From Gammaproteobacteria bacterium (lineage in GTDB: Bacteria; Pseudomonadota; Gammaproteobacteria; Arenicellales; CAJQKF01): DNA of 64,000 bases. The stretch is taken from positions 6,263 through 70,262 of the forward strand of contig JAUIEZ010000006.1 of assembly GCA_030429665.1 (NCBI GenBank), read 5' to 3'. Positions 48,458-62,109 of this stretch are shown piece after piece. Every line of letters starts with the position of its first letter. Position 1 is the stretch's first letter. The notes under the pieces are model-generated. The model was not told where the DNA came from, searched no databases, and saw only the letters and a program-made list of their open reading frames with translations. A program made the position numbers and the translations under genes.

Positions 48458-48633
48458 GACAGCTTTTCCACGGGGAGAATATCGGTTACGCCGGCACCGC
48501 CCATCATGGGCGTAGCGGGCGAGATTCGTCCGCCGTTTGGCATTGGGCCCGGACCGCATAACGGCCCGCCGCTGGCGTGGACAGGGTTTTCGGGGAGTTC
48601 ACGGCGCCGATCGTCGCAGCGTTCGGGGAATTG

Positions 48634-51279
48634 ATGGAAAAATCGATCTACAAGTACGTCCTGACGCACACGTACAGGGATCAGATATACCTGCTGATCC
48701 TCACCGTGGTCAATCTGCCGTTTATCTACGTCTCGTTGGAGATCCCCAAGATCATCGTCAACGAGGCGATCGGCGGCCAGGGCGCGCCTTATTCGTTGTT
48801 CGGCTTCGATCTTGACCAGGTCAGCTATCTGATGGCCTTGTGTTTCGCGTTTCTCGCCGTGATCGGCCTCAACGGGGGCATCAAGTACGTGGTGAACGTG
48901 TACAGCGGCATCGTCGGCGAGCGCATGCTGATGCGCTTTCGATACGAGTTGTACAGCCGGATCCTGCGCTTCCCGCTACCGCACTTCAAGCGCACTTCGC
49001 AGGGCGAGATCATCCCCATGATCACCTCGGAGACCGAGCCGCTCGGCGGGTTCATCGGCGAGTCGTTCACGCTGCCGGCATTCCAGGGCGGCTTGCTGTT
49101 GACCTACCTCTTTTTCATTTTTCAGCAGGATCTGTTTCTCGGCCTCGCGGCGATCGCCCTCTACCCGCCGCAACTGTGGCTGATCCCGAAACTGCAGCGC
49201 AAGGTCAACGAGCTCGCCAAGCGGCGGGTGCGCGAAGTGCGTGGTCTCGCCGACCGCGTGGGCGAGTCGATCTCCGGCATCAACGAGATTCACGCCCATG
49301 ACACCTCACGGATGGAGCGCGCCGAGATATCCCACCGACTCGGCTCCATCTACGTCATTCGCGCGGAGTTGTTCAAGCGAAAATTCTTCATCAAGTTTCT
49401 CAACAATTTCCTGGCTCAGCTCACGCCGTTTTTCTTTTACTCCATCGGCGGTTACTTCGTGATACGCGGCGACCTGTCCCTCGGCGCCCTGGTTGCGGTG
49501 CTGGCCGCCTACAAGGACATCTCGCCGCCGTGGAAGGAACTGCTCAAGTACTACCAGACCAAGGAGGACATCCGCGTCAAGTACGAGCAGGTCATCGAGC
49601 AGTTCGATCCGGAGAACATGTTCGCCGAGTCGTTGCAGAAGCCGCCCGAAGAGGTCACGCCCCTGGTCGGCGAGCTCATGGCCAACAACGTCGTATACTC
49701 CGAGGACGGTTCCCTGAAGCCTGTCGACGGCGTCAATTTCACTGCCAAGCTCAGCGAGCGAATCAGCACCGTCGGCGCCACCGGCAGCGGCAAGGACGAG
49801 CTCTCGCGGCTGTTGGCGCGGCTGCTCATGCCCACCAGCGGTCGAATCAGCATCGATGGTGAGAACATCGCCACGCTGCCCGAGGGCATTCTCGGCCGAC
49901 GCCAGGCGTACGTGGGCGCCGGCTCCCACATCTTCACCGGGACGGTGATCGACAACCTGCTCTACGGGCTCAAACATAGTCCGGGCGAATTGACGGACGA
50001 AGAGCAGATCGACGCCGAGGAGCGCGAGAGGCGCATGAAGATCGCCCGGATTACCGCGAACAGCCTCGACGAGCGATATGCCGACTGGGTCGACTACGGC
50101 GCGGTGGGCGCCGCCGATCGCGAGACATTGTACGAGCGCGTGAACGAAGTACTCGAAGTCGCCGATCTCGAAAAGGATGTCTACCAGTTCGGCCTGACTT
50201 CCCGGCCCGACGAACGGGTACACGAACAACTTGCCGAGCACATTCTCTCGGCGCGCGCCAAGATGCAGGACGCGCTGGAAGCGGCAGGCCAGTCCAAGCT
50301 CGTGGAACGTTTCGACAGTCACGCCTACAACCGCAGCCTGTCGATCGCGGAGAACATCCTGTTCGGCGCGCCGCTCAAGAGCGAGTTTGACGCAGAGCGG
50401 CTGGCCGAGAACCCGCTTATCATCGAACTCCTGCGAGACGATGACCTCTACGACGCCTTCTGCCTGATGGGCCGGCGCGTGGCGGAGATCATGCTGGAGT
50501 TGTTCGCCGACGCGCCCCCGGGCGATCCGCTGTTCGAACAGTTCAGCTTCATCAGCGCCGAGGCGCTGGCGGAGTTTCGCGCGCGCATCGGTCGTACCAG
50601 CAACGACGACGATCCGGCGCATTGGCGCGAGGACGATCGGCTCGACTTCCTGTCGCTGCCATTCAAGTTGATCGCCGCGCGGCATCGACTGGGCCTGATC
50701 TCGGACGAACTGCAGTCGCGCATTCTCGACGTGCGCCGCCAACTGCGCGAACGCCTCGGCGACGAGAACGACAGCATTCGCTTCCTTGACGAGAACCAGG
50801 TCAATCCGGCCATCACGCTGCAGGACAACATACTGTTCGGCACGGTGGTTTACGGCCAGGCCAACGCGAAGGACCGGTTGTCCGTCGTGCTCGGCGGCGT
50901 GGTGAAGGAGGCCGGACTGCGAGACGACATCATGAAGATCGGCCTGACGTACCACGTGGGCAGCGCCGGCGCGCGCCTGTCCGTCGTGCAGAAGCAGAAG
51001 CTGGCGCTGGCTCGCTGCCTTCTCAAGCACCCGGACGTGCTCATCGTCAACGAGGCATTGAGCGCCATCGATCCGAACTCACAGGAAAAACTGGTGCGCA
51101 GCGTGCTCGAGTTCCAGCAGGGTCGCGGCGTGATCTGGGTGCTGGAACGCCCCGAACTGTCGTATCTTTTCGATCGCACCCTGGTGTTACATGGCGGTAC
51201 CATCGTATCGGATGGCACGTTCGACGATCTCAAGGAGAATTCCCAGTGGTTTCAGCAGGTCCTTCCGCAGCAGGGTTAG
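48634..51279 (+). CDS. ABC exporter-like fused TMD-NBD protein with degenerate, insertion-bearing ATPase domain
   Basis: ATG 48634. About 330-aa type-I exporter-like TMD. The NBD has Walker A GATGSGKD, signature LSVVQ, Walker B LIVNEA, and WVLERP at the H-loop position. About 400 aa separate Walker A from the signature motif. Confidence 0.8.
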   Translation: MEKSIYKYVLTHTYRDQIYLLILTVVNLPFIYVSLEIPKIIVNEAIGGQGAPYSLFGFDLDQVSYLMALCFAFLAVIGLNGGIKYVVNVYSGIVGERMLMRFRYELYSRILRFPLPHFKRTSQGEIIPMITSETEPLGGFIGESFTLPAFQGGLLLTYLFFIFQQDLFLGLAAIALYPPQLWLIPKLQRKVNELAKRRVREVRGLADRVGESISGINEIHAHDTSRMERAEISHRLGSIYVIRAELFKRKFFIKFLNNFLAQLTPFFFYSIGGYFVIRGDLSLGALVAVLAAYKDISPPWKELLKYYQTKEDIRVKYEQVIEQFDPENMFAESLQKPPEEVTPLVGELMANNVVYSEDGSLKPVDGVNFTAKLSERISTVGATGSGKDELSRLLARLLMPTSGRISIDGENIATLPEGILGRRQAYVGAGSHIFTGTVIDNLLYGLKHSPGELTDEEQIDAEERERRMKIARITANSLDERYADWVDYGAVGAADRETLYERVNEVLEVADLEKDVYQFGLTSRPDERVHEQLAEHILSARAKMQDALEAAGQSKLVERFDSHAYNRSLSIAENILFGAPLKSEFDAERLAENPLIIELLRDDDLYDAFCLMGRRVAEIMLELFADAPPGDPLFEQFSFISAEALAEFRARIGRTSNDDDPAHWREDDRLDFLSLPFKLIAARHRLGLISDELQSRILDVRRQLRERLGDENDSIRFLDENQVNPAITLQDNILFGTVVYGQANAKDRLSVVLGGVVKEAGLRDDIMKIGLTYHVGSAGARLSVVQKQKLALARCLLKHPDVLIVNEALSAIDPNSQEKLVRSVLEFQQGRGVIWVLERPELSYLFDRTLVLHGGTIVSDGTFDDLKENSQWFQQVLPQQG

Positions 51280-51315
51280 GGACGCGGTCGCGAAGCCGGT
51301 GAGCGGGTTCGCATC

Positions 51316-52203
51316 GTGAGGGGGATCGTAATCGATCCGGCCGGGGTCCCGGTGGCCGACGCGCTCGAGGCAAACCGTGGGCATCTCGACGAAACCGGGC
51401 TCGAGTTCGAGCTGCGCCAGTATCCGGATTGCGTCGGAGACCGGCTCGCCGGTCCCGGGGTCGCGGCGCGCGCAGCGCTGCTCAACGACGCGCTGGCGCA
51501 ATACGACGTCGTGCTCTGCGCGCGCGGCGGGTACGGCATCAGTGACTTGCTCGAGCGGCTCGATTGGCCGCTGCTCGAGTCTTGCGCGCCGCGTCTCGTG
51601 GTCGGCTTTTCAGATATCACCGCGCTGCAGTGCGCGTTGTACGCGCGGCTCGGCTGGGTGTCGCTTCATGCCCCGATGCCGGGGTCGACACTTTGGCGCC
51701 CGCACGGCGATGACGTGGCGGCGGTGATCGACGTGCTGCGCGCGTGGCCGGGTGAATGCGGCGGCGCGGTCGCGGTGCGCGGCGATCTGGCCGGATCGAT
51801 CGAGGGTCCGCTGTTCGGCGGCTGCCTGAGCGTGCTCGGCGCGCTGATCGGTACGCCGTACTTTCCCCGTGACCTGGCCGGCCACGTGGTGTTTCTCGAG
51901 GAGGTCAACGAGAATGCCGCCCGGGTGCTTCGCTACTGGAACCAGTGGCGACATTCCGGCGCGCTCGACGGCGTGGCCGCGGTGGTGCTGGGCCGATTCG
52001 TGCACGCGGACGCGTCCGAGAGGGCGGCGCTGGAGGCGCTGCCGGGCCGCATCGCCGAACGCTCCGACTGCCCGGTGTTCACGTCCACGGATTTCGGCCA
52101 CGTGTGCCCGAATTTCCCGCTCATGACCGGCGCCTCGGCGAGCATCGAGGATGGGCGCCTGACCTGGGCGTACTCGCCGGGCCCGATGCTGGCCGGCGTA
52201 TAG
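51316..52203 (+). CDS. LD-carboxypeptidase (peptidase S66, LdcA-like)
   Basis: Nucleophile elbow GFSDITAL, ARGGYG, and C-terminal TDFGH. 36 nt after the ABC gene. Confidence 0.75.
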   Translation: MRGIVIDPAGVPVADALEANRGHLDETGLEFELRQYPDCVGDRLAGPGVAARAALLNDALAQYDVVLCARGGYGISDLLERLDWPLLESCAPRLVVGFSDITALQCALYARLGWVSLHAPMPGSTLWRPHGDDVAAVIDVLRAWPGECGGAVAVRGDLAGSIEGPLFGGCLSVLGALIGTPYFPRDLAGHVVFLEEVNENAARVLRYWNQWRHSGALDGVAAVVLGRFVHADASERAALEALPGRIAERSDCPVFTSTDFGHVCPNFPLMTGASASIEDGRLTWAYSPGPMLAGV

Positions 52204-52342
52204 GGCCGACCGCGCCGCCGCGACACGATGTCTCCCCCGAAGCGGGCATCGGGGATGATACAATCCAAGGCCCTTCGGCGGCCGGGCGACACGCGAATCC
52301 GGCCTGCCTTCACCATTCCAGCGTCGCACGATTCGGGGCTCA

Positions 52343-53059
52343 ATGAACAAGGGCGAGCAACTTTACTCCGGCAAGGCCAAATCGGTATTCCGCACTGACG
52401 ATCCCGAGCGGCTGATCCTGCACTTTCGCAATGACACCTCGGCCTTCGACGGCGTCAAGCTTGCGCAGCTCGAACGCAAGGGCGAGATGAACAATCGCAT
52501 CAACGCCTTCATCATGCAAAAGCTCGAGGCCGCGGGTGTGCAGACCCATTTCATCGAACAGCTCGGTCCGGAGGAATCGCTGGTACGGCGCCTGGACATG
52601 GTGCGCGTGGAGTGCGTGGTGCGAAACGTGGTCGCGGGCTCGTTGAGCAAGCGGCTCGGCATCGAGGAGGGGTTGGTTCTCGACGAACCGGTTTTCGAGT
52701 TCTTTCTCAAGGACGACGCCCTGCACGACCCGATGATCAACGAATCCCATATCCGCGTATTCGGCTGGGCCAGCGAAGAGGAGACTGCGGGGATGCACCG
52801 GCTGAGCCACACGGTCAACGGCGTGCTCAAGCCGCTGTTCGCCGACGCCGGCATCATGCTGGTGGATTTCAAGCTCGAATTCGGCCGCGCGGACGGGCAA
52901 CTGGTTCTTGGCGACGAATTCACCCCGGACGGCTGCCGCTTGTGGGACGCGCAAACCCACAAGAAACTGGACAAGGACCGATTCCGCCGTGACCTCGGCG
53001 AGGTGGTGGAGTCCTACCGCGAGGTGGCCCGCCGCCTCGGCGTACCCCTGGACGACTGA
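52343..53059 (+). CDS. purC: phosphoribosylaminoimidazole-succinocarboxamide synthase
   Basis: [27 protein letters not shown] align with E. coli PurC. Confidence 0.94.
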   Translation: MNKGEQLYSGKAKSVFRTDDPERLILHFRNDTSAFDGVKLAQLERKGEMNNRINAFIMQKLEAAGVQTHFIEQLGPEESLVRRLDMVRVECVVRNVVAGSLSKRLGIEEGLVLDEPVFEFFLKDDALHDPMINESHIRVFGWASEEETAGMHRLSHTVNGVLKPLFADAGIMLVDFKLEFGRADGQLVLGDEFTPDGCRLWDAQTHKKLDKDRFRRDLGEVVESYREVARRLGVPLDD

Positions 53060-53127
53060 CACGCCAAACGGAAGCACTCGCGCAGCGCGCGAGGCGTCAC
53101 CAAGAGCGACGAAGCGACTCCCCTGCC

Positions 53128-57027
<3,900 letters not shown>

Positions 57028-57513
57028 TCGACCGGATTCGCGTCAAGTCAATGCCGCTTGATGTGCGCACGCCTGAAGATCCTCATCAGAACACCGTCGA
57101 GATTCGCACACCGGACGCGGTATTTTCGAAGCGATCCGACTGAGTAGTCGCTCCGGCAGCAGGATGGTCGGGATGCCGGGTTCCCATGGCGTGGCGCACT
57201 GTCCGAATTGCCCGCTACTTCTGTGTTCCAACGGAGTCGCCAACGAATTCGTCGATGTGCGCCAGGCGTCGAACCAGCAGTCCGGACGTTTCGACTGTCA
57301 GTCCCACGATACAAAATCCGCACAAGTCGTAGAGATTCCCGTCACCACGGGGAGCGCCTTGCGGGTGCGGTGCGCGCCGAGGTTCGTGGGCCGCTGGTGT
57401 GTCGTTCGAGCCGTGCCACTAGGGAAATTCGTCCCGGGTCGGAATCCCGCCGGTGAGGCGATGCTACAATCCGCGTCGAAGAAATCGTGCTTTGATTCGA
57501 CGAGGAGGACGCA

Positions 57514-57957
57514 ATGGCCGTTTCACGATTCAAGACCCAGCACTTCCTGATCCGGCTCGTCGCCGCGCTCGTGCTGGTGTTCATCACCTACAACCCGGTC
57601 TACTCGTACTACGAGTGGGCACTCGGACCGTTGTTGGGCACCGCCGAAGGCACTTCGTTCTCGGTGCTGAAGGCATTCATCGGCCTGGTGCTGATCATCG
57701 GGTGGGCAATCTTCATCCGCGCCACGCAGCGTTCGCTGGGTGCGTTCGGTTTGGCCCTGGCGGCGGCATTCTTCGTCCTGCTTTTCTGGCTGCTGTTCGA
57801 TCAGGGTATCCTGTCTCTCGAGAAACCGGACGTGATTACCTGGCTGGTGCTCATAGCGGTTGCCGGCATCATGGCGGTCGGTATGTCCTGGTCTCATATC
57901 CGGCGTCGCATGAGTGGCCAACTCGATGTCGACGAGACGGACGACCGGGCCGACTGA
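57514..57957 (+). CDS. small integral membrane protein (4 predicted TM helices; DUF6524-like)
   Basis: RBS GAGGAGGA upstream. Four hydrophobic segments and an acidic C-terminal tail. The family name is from memory only. Confidence 0.55.
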   Translation: MAVSRFKTQHFLIRLVAALVLVFITYNPVYSYYEWALGPLLGTAEGTSFSVLKAFIGLVLIIGWAIFIRATQRSLGAFGLALAAAFFVLLFWLLFDQGILSLEKPDVITWLVLIAVAGIMAVGMSWSHIRRRMSGQLDVDETDDRAD

Positions 57958-58085
57958 TGCAAAAGATCGGCTGAACATCGGCAGGGCGAGGTGCGAATCG
58001 AAGCGGTGACGGTTAGGTTCGCGTCGAGAATCCTCCCGGAACCCCGTCGACGGCGGGCGGCAACAAGGCGGCCCGGTCCGTCCGG

Positions 58086-59915
58086 TCAATGCGCACCGTG
58101 TTTCGACGATTCGCGTATCGTTGCCAGGAAAGCCGCGCCGTACTTTTCCAGCTTGTGATTTCCCACGCCGGAGATGGCGAGCAACGATCCATCGTCCAAC
58201 GGTCGCTCCCTGGCCATCTGCCACAACGTGGCGTCGCTGAATACCACGTAAGGCGGCACGCTGTTGGCCTTGGCGATTTGCGTTCGCGTCGCACGAAGCG
58301 CCTCGTACAGCGATTGCTCCCGCGGGGTCAACGACAGGCGGTCGTCATTCGACGCGCGCCCGTGGCGGACGCCCTTCCTCGGTCGGCCCAGGATGATTTT
58401 CGCCTCACCCCGCAACACCGGCCTGGCAGCCGCCGTGAGCCTCAGTACCGAGTAGTTGGCGATGTCCTGCTCGACCAGGCCGTGATGTATAAGTTGCCGT
58501 AACACCGACGACCACTCCGCGGCGCTCTTGTCCGCCCCGATGCCATAGGTGCTCAACCGGTGGTGTCCCAGGGTGCGAATGCGTCCGGAATCGGCGCCGC
58601 GCAGCACGTCGATGACGTGCTTCATGCCGAAGCGCTGGCCAACCCGGTAAATACAGGACAACGCCTTTCGCGCGTCCTCGGTGGCATCGAAGCGCTCCGG
58701 CGGATCGAGGCAGGTATCGCAGTTGCCGCAATCGTCGTCGAGCGGCTCGCCGAAGTACCCGAGCAGGACGCGCCGACGGCATCCGAGTGACTCGGCGAAG
58801 CCGACCATGGCATTGAGCTTGTGAGATTCAATGCGCACCTGATCCGCGTTGCTGCCGTTGTCGATCAGGCTGCGCGCGGTGACGATATCCTGTGCGCCGA
58901 ATAGCAACAGCGCCTCAGCCGGCAGGCCGTCGCGGCCCGCGCGGCCGGTCTCCTGGTAATAGCCCTCGATGTGTCGCGGCATATCGTAGTGGACCACGAA
59001 GCGCACGTTCGGTTTGTCGATACCCATGCCGAAGGCGACCGTGGCGACCACGACGCGCAATTCGTCGCGCAGGAACCGCTCCTGGACCGAGCTGCGGGTG
59101 GTCGAATCCAGTCCGGCGTGGTACGCGGCAGCCACGACGCCTTCTGCGCGCAGCCTCTCGGTGACGGACTCCACTTTCTTGCGGGACAGGGCGTAGACGA
59201 TACCGGCATCGTCTCGCCGCTCGGCGAGAAATCGCATGAGTTGCTCGAAGGGGCGGGACTTTTCGGACACCCGGTAGCGTATGTTGGGCCGGTCGAACCC
59301 GGTGACGTGGACGCGGGCGTCTTCAAGACCGAGCACCGTCAGGATATCGGCTCGCGTCTGGGGGTCGGCGGTGGCCGTGAGGGCGGCAATCGGGGTGCCG
59401 GGAAACCTGTCTCGCAACACGCTCAACGCCGCGTACTCGGGTCGGAAATCGTGACCCCACTGCGATACGCAGTGTGCCTCGTCGATGGCGAACAGGGCGA
59501 CGTCGAGCCCTGCCAACCGGTTCATGAACCCGCCGGACATTACCCGTTCGGGACTGACGTAGAGCAAGTCGAGCTCGCCGGCGTGAAGCTTCGCCAGCGT
59601 TCGTCGGGCGCTGTCTGCGTCCATGGACGAGTTGTAACAAGCCGCCGCGACACCATTGGCCAATAATGCGTCGACCTGGTCCTTCATGAGGGAAATCAAA
59701 GGTGAGACGACGATGGCGGTGCCTGCGCGCAGGATTGCGGGTACCTGGTAGCACAGCGACTTGCCGCCGCCCGTAGGCATGAGAACGAAAACGTCGTGCC
59801 CGTCGAGCAAATCCTTGATGATCTCCTCCTGGTGCGGGCGAAACGTCGGATAGCCGAAAACACGTCTCAATATGCCGCGAGCGCCGCCTTCGGTCGCGCC
59901 GGTTCTTCGTTGCAT
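58086..59915 (-). CDS. recQ: ATP-dependent DNA helicase RecQ
   Basis: Start at MQRRTG (59915). FGYPTFRPHQEEII, MPTGGGKSLCYQ, DEAHCVSQWGHDFRP, zinc-binding CGNCDTC, C-terminal HRDC. The ORF-track extension to 60707 is non-coding. Confidence 0.93.
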   Translation of the reverse strand: MQRRTGATEGGARGILRRVFGYPTFRPHQEEIIKDLLDGHDVFVLMPTGGGKSLCYQVPAILRAGTAIVVSPLISLMKDQVDALLANGVAAACYNSSMDADSARRTLAKLHAGELDLLYVSPERVMSGGFMNRLAGLDVALFAIDEAHCVSQWGHDFRPEYAALSVLRDRFPGTPIAALTATADPQTRADILTVLGLEDARVHVTGFDRPNIRYRVSEKSRPFEQLMRFLAERRDDAGIVYALSRKKVESVTERLRAEGVVAAAYHAGLDSTTRSSVQERFLRDELRVVVATVAFGMGIDKPNVRFVVHYDMPRHIEGYYQETGRAGRDGLPAEALLLFGAQDIVTARSLIDNGSNADQVRIESHKLNAMVGFAESLGCRRRVLLGYFGEPLDDDCGNCDTCLDPPERFDATEDARKALSCIYRVGQRFGMKHVIDVLRGADSGRIRTLGHHRLSTYGIGADKSAAEWSSVLRQLIHHGLVEQDIANYSVLRLTAAARPVLRGEAKIILGRPRKGVRHGRASNDDRLSLTPREQSLYEALRATRTQIAKANSVPPYVVFSDATLWQMARERPLDDGSLLAISGVGNHKLEKYGAAFLATIRESSKHGAH

Positions 59916-60068
59916 CGGTGGAGCAGGGTCCTTGGGTCGGGTCGGTGCGCGGCGGCGCGCCGCGTGATTGAAATGTTCGCAAAGTTTGATTGTACCGTTC
60001 CCTGGCCCCGAGGTTGAAAATACACCGGGGCGTCTCGTGAACGCCGGAAGTATTGTCGGAGGACTCAC

Positions 60069-61289
60069 ATGGCCGCAGGTGTTGGCGGTTCTGCACCGCA
60101 CGAAGAGCTGGAAAAACTCACCGACATGGCCGCTGGCGCCGAGCCGATCGTTCTCGGCGAATACGAAGCGAGGCTGCGAAAGGTCCAGGACCTGATGCGC
60201 CAGCAGGCGGTGGACGCCCTGTTCCTTACGCCCGGTGCCAACCTCCAGTACTTTACCGGCATGCGTTGGGGCCTGAGCGAGCGCCTGGCGGGCGCGCTCG
60301 TTCCCGCCAGCGGACCGCTCACCTATATCGCGCCTGCCTTCGAGCGCGATACCTTCACCAGCTACATGGTGGTGCCCGGCGAGCTTTACACCTGGGAGGA
60401 GCACGAGAGTCCCTTTCGCCTGGTAGGAAGCATGCTCGACACGGCCGGCATCGGCGATGGCGCCATCGCCTTCGACCCCGATGCGCCATTCGCGTTTTTC
60501 GACGGGGTTTGCGGCGCGAAGGGACGCTGCCGCTACCTGAATGCGATGCGGTTGACGGCGCCGTGCCGCAGCCGAAAGACGCCTGCCGAGATCGCGTTGA
60601 TTCAACGGGCGACGAACCTGACCCTGGAGGTGCACAAGGCGGCGGCGCGCATCTTGCGACCGGGAATCACCACGACCGAGGTCGTCGAGTTCATCGACGC
60701 CGCGCACCGCGCATGCGGTGCGGCGTCCGGCTCGGTGTTTTGCATCGTGCTGTTCGGCAACGCGACGTCATTTCCTCACGGCGTCAAGGTGCCGCAGGTA
60801 CTCGCTCGCGACGACTGGGTACTGATCGACACCGGTTGCCGAATCGAGGGATATCATTCGGACATCACGCGCACCTATCCTTTCGGCAAGGCCAGTCAAC
60901 GACAGCGTTACGCGTGGGCGGTCGAGCATGAGGCGCAGGCCGCGGCGTTCGACGCCGCCCGCGTCGGCACCCCGTGCCAGGAGGTTGACGCCGCGGCGAG
61001 GCGTGTGCTCGAAAGACACGGCTTTGGTCCTGGCTACGCATTGCCCGGATTACCTCATCGCACCGGTCACGGTTGTGGGCTGCAGGTACACGAGTCGCCC
61101 TACCTGGTGCGCGGCGAGGAAACGCCGCTGGATATCGGAATGGTCGCCAGCGACGAGCCCATGCTGGTGCTCCCGGGAGAGTTCGGAGTGCGCCTGGAGG
61201 ACCATTTCTACATGACGAGCATCGGAGCGAGGTGGTTTACACGACCGTCCCCCTCGATTGACGACCCGTTCGATCTCGAATCGGCGTGA
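60069..61289 (+). CDS. M24-family metallopeptidase (Xaa-Pro peptidase-like with creatinase-type N-domain)
   Basis: Metal-ligand contexts VLIDTGC, YHSDITRT, HRTGHGCGL, ASDEPML, VRLEDHF are all retained, so creatinase is unlikely. Alternative start 60126. Confidence 0.8.
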   Translation: MAAGVGGSAPHEELEKLTDMAAGAEPIVLGEYEARLRKVQDLMRQQAVDALFLTPGANLQYFTGMRWGLSERLAGALVPASGPLTYIAPAFERDTFTSYMVVPGELYTWEEHESPFRLVGSMLDTAGIGDGAIAFDPDAPFAFFDGVCGAKGRCRYLNAMRLTAPCRSRKTPAEIALIQRATNLTLEVHKAAARILRPGITTTEVVEFIDAAHRACGAASGSVFCIVLFGNATSFPHGVKVPQVLARDDWVLIDTGCRIEGYHSDITRTYPFGKASQRQRYAWAVEHEAQAAAFDAARVGTPCQEVDAAARRVLERHGFGPGYALPGLPHRTGHGCGLQVHESPYLVRGEETPLDIGMVASDEPMLVLPGEFGVRLEDHFYMTSIGARWFTRPSPSIDDPFDLESA

Positions 61290-62109
61290 CGCGTGAAAAC
61301 CGGGCGAAGCGCAAGCCGGGGAGGGCGGGCGCGGCTCCTTGCGGCGCCATGGTTCGATCCATCGTTCGGCGCCCTGGCGCGGGGATGCGCGATGCGCCGC
61401 AAGAGGCGATTCGGGCGAAGGCGGTTTCGACATTAATGCATACCTAACCGGTTCCTCGGGTGGCGGGAGCGATCTGTCGGCCTGGAATACCGCGCCTTGT
61501 CACGCGGTATCGATCAAGCGGCTGTTGATCGACAAAAACGCCTTAATCCGGACGACGGGTCATCGAAGGATGTCGATGATACATCGACAACCAATACCGT
61601 CAGAAGCAACATGTACGGCGCATTTGCACCGACGGAGGAATCAGTATAGTGTACGTTTTTGGATGGAACGTCGGGTCGGGACCATGGAGGGTTTGGTCGC
61701 AGGACGCGTCTTTCGACCGGGCGGAGATTCAAGGTAGAAATCATCCCGATCGCCTACCCGGCCGATGGAGCGCTGTATGCGGTCGCAGGGATGCGACCTT
61801 CAAAATCATCGTTTTCCCGTCACGCGTATCGCCGTTTTCGCGCGATCCTTCCCGTCGCGCGTGATTCGACCCCCTCGCGTGGAACGTTCATGGCCAGGGT
61901 ACGTGCTTTGCACGATCGGAACGCCGCCTCATCGGGTTGATTGCGCTCACGAAAAGTTTCGGGATACCCTCGTCGGAGCATACTGACAGTTCCAGATGCC
62001 GGGCGGTGGAGATATGGATGGGTGCCCCGGGAGCGATTATCGAATCCAACACGGCGCCCGACCCGCCGGACGCGACATGCGGCGCGAATAATTCAACGTC
62101 GTCAACTAC

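Noticed and set aside
57430-57465. tRNA-like T-arm CGGG-TCGGAAT-CCCG
   Set aside because: No complementary acceptor stem about 65 nt upstream, and no D- or anticodon-arm arrangement could be drawn. Judged a chance hairpin.
60069-61289. M24 protein as creatinase (which would fit the sarcosine/methylamine theme)
   Set aside because: All five metal-ligand positions typical of active M24 peptidases appear retained (D, D, H, E, E contexts). Creatinases have lost them, so it is called a peptidase-like enzyme instead.
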